Source of the DNA: an uncultured Roseburia sp.
GTDB lineage: Bacteria > Bacillota > Clostridia > Lachnospirales > Lachnospiraceae
Length of the DNA stretch: 39,690 bases
Reading direction: 5' to 3'
Assembly: GCA_947057405.1 (NCBI GenBank)
Contig: CAMSEJ010000001.1
Coordinates: 1-39,690 of the forward strand
This document shows positions 34,480 through 39,690 of this stretch, one piece after another. Every line of letters begins with the position of its first letter. Within the stretch, counting starts at the first letter, position 1. The position numbers and the translations under genes were made by a program. The notes under the pieces were generated by a model. The model was given only the letters and a program-made list of their open reading frames with translations. It did not search any database and was not told where the DNA came from.

Positions 34480-36591
34480 CTAATTATTGGCATAATACGA
34501 ATAGGTATCATAAAATTCCTGCGGGACAGGCATTCCGTTATTTTCCCTTTTCTTAATACGCAGCTCCCATTCCCTCGTTTTCTCGTGGAACATCCGCTGA
34601 TGAACCGCCATCGCTTCCGCAAACGCAGCATTCGCTTTCAGCGACTCCCGCAGCTCCTTGTTAAACGGGCAGTACGTCGCCAGAATCAGCCTCGAAACCT
34701 TGTTCAGCTTCATAGCGGCATTCGCCTCGGAATAAATCCACATTTCATAATCACTTAAGAAAATCTCCCTGCTGTTATTCCTCGCACGCAGAATCTGCGT
34801 CTTGATTTTTTCCCGTTTTTCCTCGGATAAATTATGGTTCTTGCGATAGTACTGGATGTAATCCATATATTCCGAAGTCAGTGATTTGTACTGGATATTG
34901 TTCCACATTGCCCCCATCTCGCACCTGCAGTATTCCCAGTGGAATCTGCCAAACGCTTTGGTCACAAGCTTATGAAGCTCATTTTCGGAAATAACCGGGA
35001 ACAAAAACCGTCCCGGCGTATCGCGCCGTTTTCCGGTAATCTCCTGCCACATAGAGGAAGCCGTACCATAAACCGGGGTTAAAATCACATCCGGGTACAC
35101 CTGCTTAATCACATGCTCCCGTTCAATCTGAATCGACGGATTCGTATACATAACCTCCCGTTTAAACACGGTAAAATCCTTCTTTTCCAAATCCACAATA
35201 CAGTCACAAAGCTGCTTTTTGGAAACATACAGCCGATCCAGATTCCCGTATATCTCATCCTGGTAAAGCACCGGAACATACGTGGAAAGCTTGCCGTTTA
35301 CGATTTTATTGTTGCTGGTGAACATATTTTCAATTTCAAAGATCACCTTCCTGCGGGTGTCCGCCAGGTACTCCTTCTCCTGCTTCTCCGTTATCTTACC
35401 GCTGCGCTGCTGCTTCCTTAACGTATCCCGGTAATCCTCCTCAAAGGAATCCCTTGAAGGCTCCTTTTTCCCGCGGTAAATGGCCTCTAACCATTCCGGC
35501 ATGGTATAGACCGGGCAGATTAGCTTGCCCGGCTTTTCGTTCATCCGTTCACATAAAAACAGGATCGTATCGGCTTCAAGCAGCCGTTCATCCATATAAC
35601 CGTAATTTAAAAACAGCTTCACCGCCAGGGGCACATTCTTATTCTCAAACCACTTAAACAGGCAGTTCTGGTAAACTTTATAGAAATGTCCGGTAATCTG
35701 CTTTTTGATCCTGCGCATATCATCCTGTACCGAAAGCCGGTCTTTTGCAGCGACAAAGGCATGGAACTCCGCCACAATCTCCTTCTGCTCTTCCTTTTCG
35801 ATATAGGCGAATTTCAAAATCTGCAAAAGCGAATCCTTTAGCTGCGCCATAACCTCCTCTTTGGAAAGCGCCGGGACTTCTTCCTCCTCTTCCTCGTCCT
35901 GTTCCTCCGATACCGGGTTATTGTAAAAAGCAACTTCTTCCATATAATTGGTGACCGATTCGCACGAAGCCATCGTGTCCCGAATCATCTCTGCGATTTC
36001 GCCGGTCTGGTAAAACGCCATAACCGGGCTGCCGTAATAAAATTTCTTATGTAAATCAAGCGAAACCTTTCCGCTTTCCAGATAATAGGCAAGCTTCTTC
36101 TCCCCGCACGCCAACGGAAACGCGTCTTTGGGCGATTCCTCCAGCAGCCGCTGTATCGCTTTATCTCCGGCAACGTCTTCCGCCGGCCCGTACAACTCCC
36201 TTAACGTTTCATACATGCCCTCCGCTTTTTCCAAAAGAAGCGCACGTTCATTTACGTAATCCGCCAGCTCCTGCTCCATAGAATGGACGGCAATACCCCG
36301 GTAATCAAAATTACTGTTCAGAAAACTCTGCAGCAAACCAGGATCAATCGCCCGGAACGCATAAAATATCGTATCCTCTTCCGCAGTGTAGTCGCTTAAG
36401 TATTCGCTGTAAAACAAATCCACGATACCTACCATTGCGCCTTTTCCGGCAATCCTTTGTATTCCGCTGCCGCTTATGCGGATGCTTCCCTTCGCGATCA
36501 TTCCGAAAAAACGAACCTGTTCACCTTTTTTAAAGAGTACCGTACCTTTTTCAAACTGGTTTAATTCATTTCCTTTTAGAACTGTACCCAT
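34480..36591 (-). CDS. Protein with N-terminal degenerate cyclic-nucleotide-binding (Crp-like) domain and large C-terminal domain of unknown function
   Basis: Start MGTVLK at 36591 with SD GGAGAG; FEKGTVLFKKGE...IAKGSIRI...TAEEDT fits a cNMP beta-barrel; no HTH evident. Confidence 0.75.
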   Translation of the reverse strand: MGTVLKGNELNQFEKGTVLFKKGEQVRFFGMIAKGSIRISGSGIQRIAGKGAMVGIVDLFYSEYLSDYTAEEDTIFYAFRAIDPGLLQSFLNSNFDYRGIAVHSMEQELADYVNERALLLEKAEGMYETLRELYGPAEDVAGDKAIQRLLEESPKDAFPLACGEKKLAYYLESGKVSLDLHKKFYYGSPVMAFYQTGEIAEMIRDTMASCESVTNYMEEVAFYNNPVSEEQDEEEEEEVPALSKEEVMAQLKDSLLQILKFAYIEKEEQKEIVAEFHAFVAAKDRLSVQDDMRRIKKQITGHFYKVYQNCLFKWFENKNVPLAVKLFLNYGYMDERLLEADTILFLCERMNEKPGKLICPVYTMPEWLEAIYRGKKEPSRDSFEEDYRDTLRKQQRSGKITEKQEKEYLADTRRKVIFEIENMFTSNNKIVNGKLSTYVPVLYQDEIYGNLDRLYVSKKQLCDCIVDLEKKDFTVFKREVMYTNPSIQIEREHVIKQVYPDVILTPVYGTASSMWQEITGKRRDTPGRFLFPVISENELHKLVTKAFGRFHWEYCRCEMGAMWNNIQYKSLTSEYMDYIQYYRKNHNLSEEKREKIKTQILRARNNSREIFLSDYEMWIYSEANAAMKLNKVSRLILATYCPFNKELRESLKANAAFAEAMAVHQRMFHEKTREWELRIKKRENNGMPVPQEFYDTYSYYANN

Positions 36592-36655
36592 ACTTTCTCT
36601 CCATTCTATGCTTGTGATTTGTGTAAAACCAGCGGGTGGTTTTGCTTTCAGGAGT

Positions 36656-36684
36656 ATTATACTATTTTTTGGCCGGTTCGTAAA
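36656..36684 (-). promoter_or_regulatory. Sigma-A promoter of the cNMP-domain gene
   Basis: TTTACG-N17-TATAAT on the minus strand. Confidence 0.65.
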
Positions 36685-36713
36685 CACATATTATGGGGAT
36701 TTGGGGTTTTCGC

Positions 36714-38828
36714 CTATTTCAAATCCAGATGCCCCGATTGGGCAAACCCCTCCTTCATCCGAAAAGACGTAATCTGCGTCGGATCCGCAATAAAAAACGT
36801 ATCCCCGATATAAATTCCCCGCACGGAATCATAAGAACAATTCTGCTGCTCCGGCAGTTTTTCGCTCAGCCGCGGCACAAACCGTCCGTCCGTGAACGAA
36901 TACACCTCATAAGCCGCATAACTGCCGCCATCGTGCGGTCTGTATTCCGCCGCAAACCCAATCAGATTCTGAATCGGATCGGCAAGGACGCACTGATAAT
37001 CATAAAGCGCCGGCGAATACGTACTGCCTTCCAGCACCAGGCTGTCAACCGCTTTTAAATCCGTCGGATCCGAAATATCAAACAAAACGAGCTTTACGCC
37101 CTTCTGTTCCCCGCTGTCCGGATCGGTTTCACAGCCGATTCCAAGCAGCCGATCCTCCCCCCAGAAATGCAGGTATTCCGAAAACCCGCTGATTTTCAGC
37201 TCGCCCAGTAAAACCGGATTGGCAGTATCCGTCAAATCCGCCGCAAACAGGGGATCCGTATTTTTATAAGTAACAAAATAAGCCGTATTCCCAAAATACC
37301 GGGCGGCATAAATTCTTTCGCCGCGCGCAATGCCCTCCAACGAACCGGTCAGGACAAGCTCATTGTCCAGAAGATACAGCCGGTTCTCCGGGTTGCCCTG
37401 CCGGTCGTAAAACGTCGTCAGGACGCGAAGCGTATCCCGGTAAGCGTTTATGGCAAACGTATCGTATATTTCTCCCTTCACGGACGCAGCGTTTACGGCG
37501 TTGATTATCCCGTCTTCAATCGAAAACTTTGCAATCTGCGTCAGCAGATCGGCAGACCGGACATCCGTGTGGTACAGATACACCGCATCCTCCGCCACAT
37601 AAACATTTACGAAATTGTGGACCAGCATCACCTGATCCACGGTTTTATCCGGTTCGTTTCCGCTGACCGATGAAATAAGAAACCCTTCCCGTCCCTCATC
37701 CGAAATATAAATATTGCCGCACGGGATTTTTTCACCGTTGACACAGGGAATAAAATTGTTAAAATCCCCGGACTCCAACCCCTGCCGCGTAAACAGGTAA
37801 ACAATATCTCCAATCTTGCGGGAACTGTAATAATAGCCGTCCTGCTCTACGGTTCCGAGCAGAGACGGACTGGCCGGATCGGTAATGTCATACGTATACA
37901 GGACGGTAAACGCATTTGTCCCAATGGAACTGATTTTACCGCAGTCCTCCACCTGAATGATTCCGGAATCCTTGTCTTCCACAGGATAATACGTATCCTG
38001 TATGGAAGTATCGTAGCACTGTACCAGCAAAAACAGCCTGTTTTGATCTACGTAAAACTCCAGAACCGAATCCGATGCTCCCAGCTCCGGCTCAATTACG
38101 CCTGCCGGCTTCATCGTTTCGCCTGCCGTATCCGTAATGTTTAACCCGGTTCCGGTTACGGTATAGATATAACGCCCGTCCGTCTTAACACAGTCACTTT
38201 CATCCACGCCCTGCGTCTGCAGATTGGTGGTAGAATAAACCGTATTTTGGACATCCATTTGCTTTCTGGCAGCCGCGTCGTCTGAACCGGCTTTCGCCAT
38301 CTCTTTTTCTTGGGCGCCGTCCGCCTGCATTTCGGCCGTTTCACCTGCCGCCGCCTCTGCCCGGTACCCGGATGTTATTTCATAAGAAGAGGTTAAAATA
38401 TGATATACTTCGTTATAGTTTTCGGCAATTCGATAAAGTGTTCCCGCGTTTTTCTTAGGTTCTGCGGAAGGTACGTCAATCGGCTTTTCCGTCTCCGTAA
38501 CCTGCTCAGCCCCCGCAGGGACAGATTGCGGATTGCCGCCGCTTTCCGCACCCGTCGGGGAAGCATCCGCCGTTAAATTTCCTTCCCGGACATCTGCTTT
38601 TTGTTCCGGAGAAATCCGCCCCGTTCCCCACGCCGCGGCAGAAAGCATACCGCATAACAGCAGAACCGCAGCTGCACCGAACGCTCTTTTCGGCTGAAAA
38701 TGAAGAACACGCCGCGCTTTTTCGTTTTCTTTTAAACGGGATGCAATCCGCTCCGGGGCAAGCGCATCCGGTATTGCCTCCCGGCCGGCTGTTTCTCTGA
38801 TTTGATCCAATAATTCCTGTTCCGTCAT
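36714..38828 (-). CDS. Single-TM protein with extracellular beta-propeller domain; putative anti-sigma factor
   Basis: Short cytoplasmic N-terminus, TM AAAVLLLCGMLSAAAW, YSTTNLQTQGVDESDCVKTDGRYIY, GERIYAARY, TDPLF, GELKISGFSEYLH; ATGA overlap with the ECF sigma gene. Confidence 0.85.
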   Translation of the reverse strand: MTEQELLDQIRETAGREAIPDALAPERIASRLKENEKARRVLHFQPKRAFGAAAVLLLCGMLSAAAWGTGRISPEQKADVREGNLTADASPTGAESGGNPQSVPAGAEQVTETEKPIDVPSAEPKKNAGTLYRIAENYNEVYHILTSSYEITSGYRAEAAAGETAEMQADGAQEKEMAKAGSDDAAARKQMDVQNTVYSTTNLQTQGVDESDCVKTDGRYIYTVTGTGLNITDTAGETMKPAGVIEPELGASDSVLEFYVDQNRLFLLVQCYDTSIQDTYYPVEDKDSGIIQVEDCGKISSIGTNAFTVLYTYDITDPASPSLLGTVEQDGYYYSSRKIGDIVYLFTRQGLESGDFNNFIPCVNGEKIPCGNIYISDEGREGFLISSVSGNEPDKTVDQVMLVHNFVNVYVAEDAVYLYHTDVRSADLLTQIAKFSIEDGIINAVNAASVKGEIYDTFAINAYRDTLRVLTTFYDRQGNPENRLYLLDNELVLTGSLEGIARGERIYAARYFGNTAYFVTYKNTDPLFAADLTDTANPVLLGELKISGFSEYLHFWGEDRLLGIGCETDPDSGEQKGVKLVLFDISDPTDLKAVDSLVLEGSTYSPALYDYQCVLADPIQNLIGFAAEYRPHDGGSYAAYEVYSFTDGRFVPRLSEKLPEQQNCSYDSVRGIYIGDTFFIADPTQITSFRMKEGFAQSGHLDLK

Positions 38829-39361
38829 AAGATCTCCTTTCCTTGTCTGCCCGAATCACCGAGCCGTTCCGAAAGCTTCTTAAATGCCCGGCTTTCCTTA
38901 GAACGCACGGTATTGTCGTTCATATGAAGTATTTTCGCAATCTCCCGGCTGGTATAGCCCGCAAAAACATGCATACTGATTATCAGGCGTTCTTCGTCCT
39001 TCAACCGGAAAAACTGCGTGCGCAAATCCAGACTTTCCGCCAGATTATGCATACCGTCCGGATCCGGGATATCCTCCGTAAGCGCCTGGGGACGGCTGCC
39101 GTATTCTAAAAAACGCTTTTTGCATTTAACGGAAAGAATTTTAAAAATCCATGCCTTAAAAGATGCTTCGGAACGCAGTTTGCGAATAGACGTAAATGCG
39201 TCCATCACGGTTTCGCTGACGGCATCTTCCGCGTCCATCGGATTCTTCAAAGTGTACAGGGCAAACCGGTACAGATCGGCATAAATCGTGCGGTACAATT
39301 CCGCAAAAGCGCCTGCGTCTCCGGACTTTGCCTTTTTTATCTGCTGCAGATCTTGTTTCAT
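38825..39361 (-). CDS. ECF RNA polymerase sigma-70 factor
   Basis: 178 aa; DAEDAVSE, FKAWIFKI (region 2), GYTSREIAKIL...TVRSKESRA (region 4). Confidence 0.93.
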   Translation of the reverse strand: MKQDLQQIKKAKSGDAGAFAELYRTIYADLYRFALYTLKNPMDAEDAVSETVMDAFTSIRKLRSEASFKAWIFKILSVKCKKRFLEYGSRPQALTEDIPDPDGMHNLAESLDLRTQFFRLKDEERLIISMHVFAGYTSREIAKILHMNDNTVRSKESRAFKKLSERLGDSGRQGKEIL

Positions 39362-39587
39362 AACGTTCCCCCATTAAAATTGGTTTGGTCAGTGACATCT
39401 ATAAGTGTCCGGATTTTGGGAAATTGTTGCATGGATTTTTGAATTTATTCTCATAGTCGTACAAAACATGAATATACTGGAGTAAAAGTCCGAATCGAAC
39501 CAGACAGAAACCGCGGGATTACACGGGTAACAGCAAAGCCGGAAGGCAAAACGGTTACTTACCCGGAAGAAAACAGCTGCAAAAGGC

Positions 39588-39616
39588 TTGACGTGAAAAT
39601 CGTTATTTGTTATGAT
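39588..39616 (+). promoter_or_regulatory. Sigma-A promoter of tRNA-Cys
   Basis: TTGACG-N17-TATGAT with extended TG. Confidence 0.75.
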
Positions 39617-39635
39617 TGTATTTATCTGATATCCC

Positions 39636-39690
39636 GGCGCAGTAGCCAAGTGGTAAGGCAATGGTCTGCAACACCAGTACGCACCGGTTC
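39636..39690 (+). tRNA. tRNA-Cys (anticodon GCA), truncated by the window end
   Basis: GGCGCAG-TA-GCCAAGTGGTAAGGC, anticodon arm TGGT-CTGCAAC-ACCA, start of the T arm ACCGGTTC. Confidence 0.93.

Noticed and set aside
39389-39661. 90-aa minus-strand ORF
   Set aside because: Overlaps tRNA-Cys and its promoter; no SD or recognisable motif.

Overview
Chromosomal segment that looks like a motile Clostridia genome, most like Lachnospiraceae (inferred from gene content). Left end, minus strand: a flagellin that the ORF track missed because it runs off the window, preceded by a large DUF6240-like gene. Both have sigma-D-like promoters, and the flagellin leader has CsrA-type GGA sites. Next come an 1872-aa secreted multidomain CotH-kinase protein and tRNA-Pro(CGG). 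An [FeFe]-hydrogenase maturation operon (TM1266-like, hydE, hydG, hydF) follows, with a structured leader and a coupled coiled-coil gene. Then an OmpR-type two-component pair, an aconitase-family hydratase, an AI-2E transporter, a TPR/repeat/degenerate-AAA protein and glgB. A second two-component pair sits divergent from a YfhO-family glycosyltransferase. A minus-strand block encodes an ECF sigma factor, a beta-propeller anti-sigma candidate, a degenerate cNMP-domain protein and an acidic membrane protein ending in two FliM-like motifs. A partial tRNA-Cys ends the window. No mobile element, CRISPR array or rRNA was seen. All family assignments are by motif recognition; no database searches were run.
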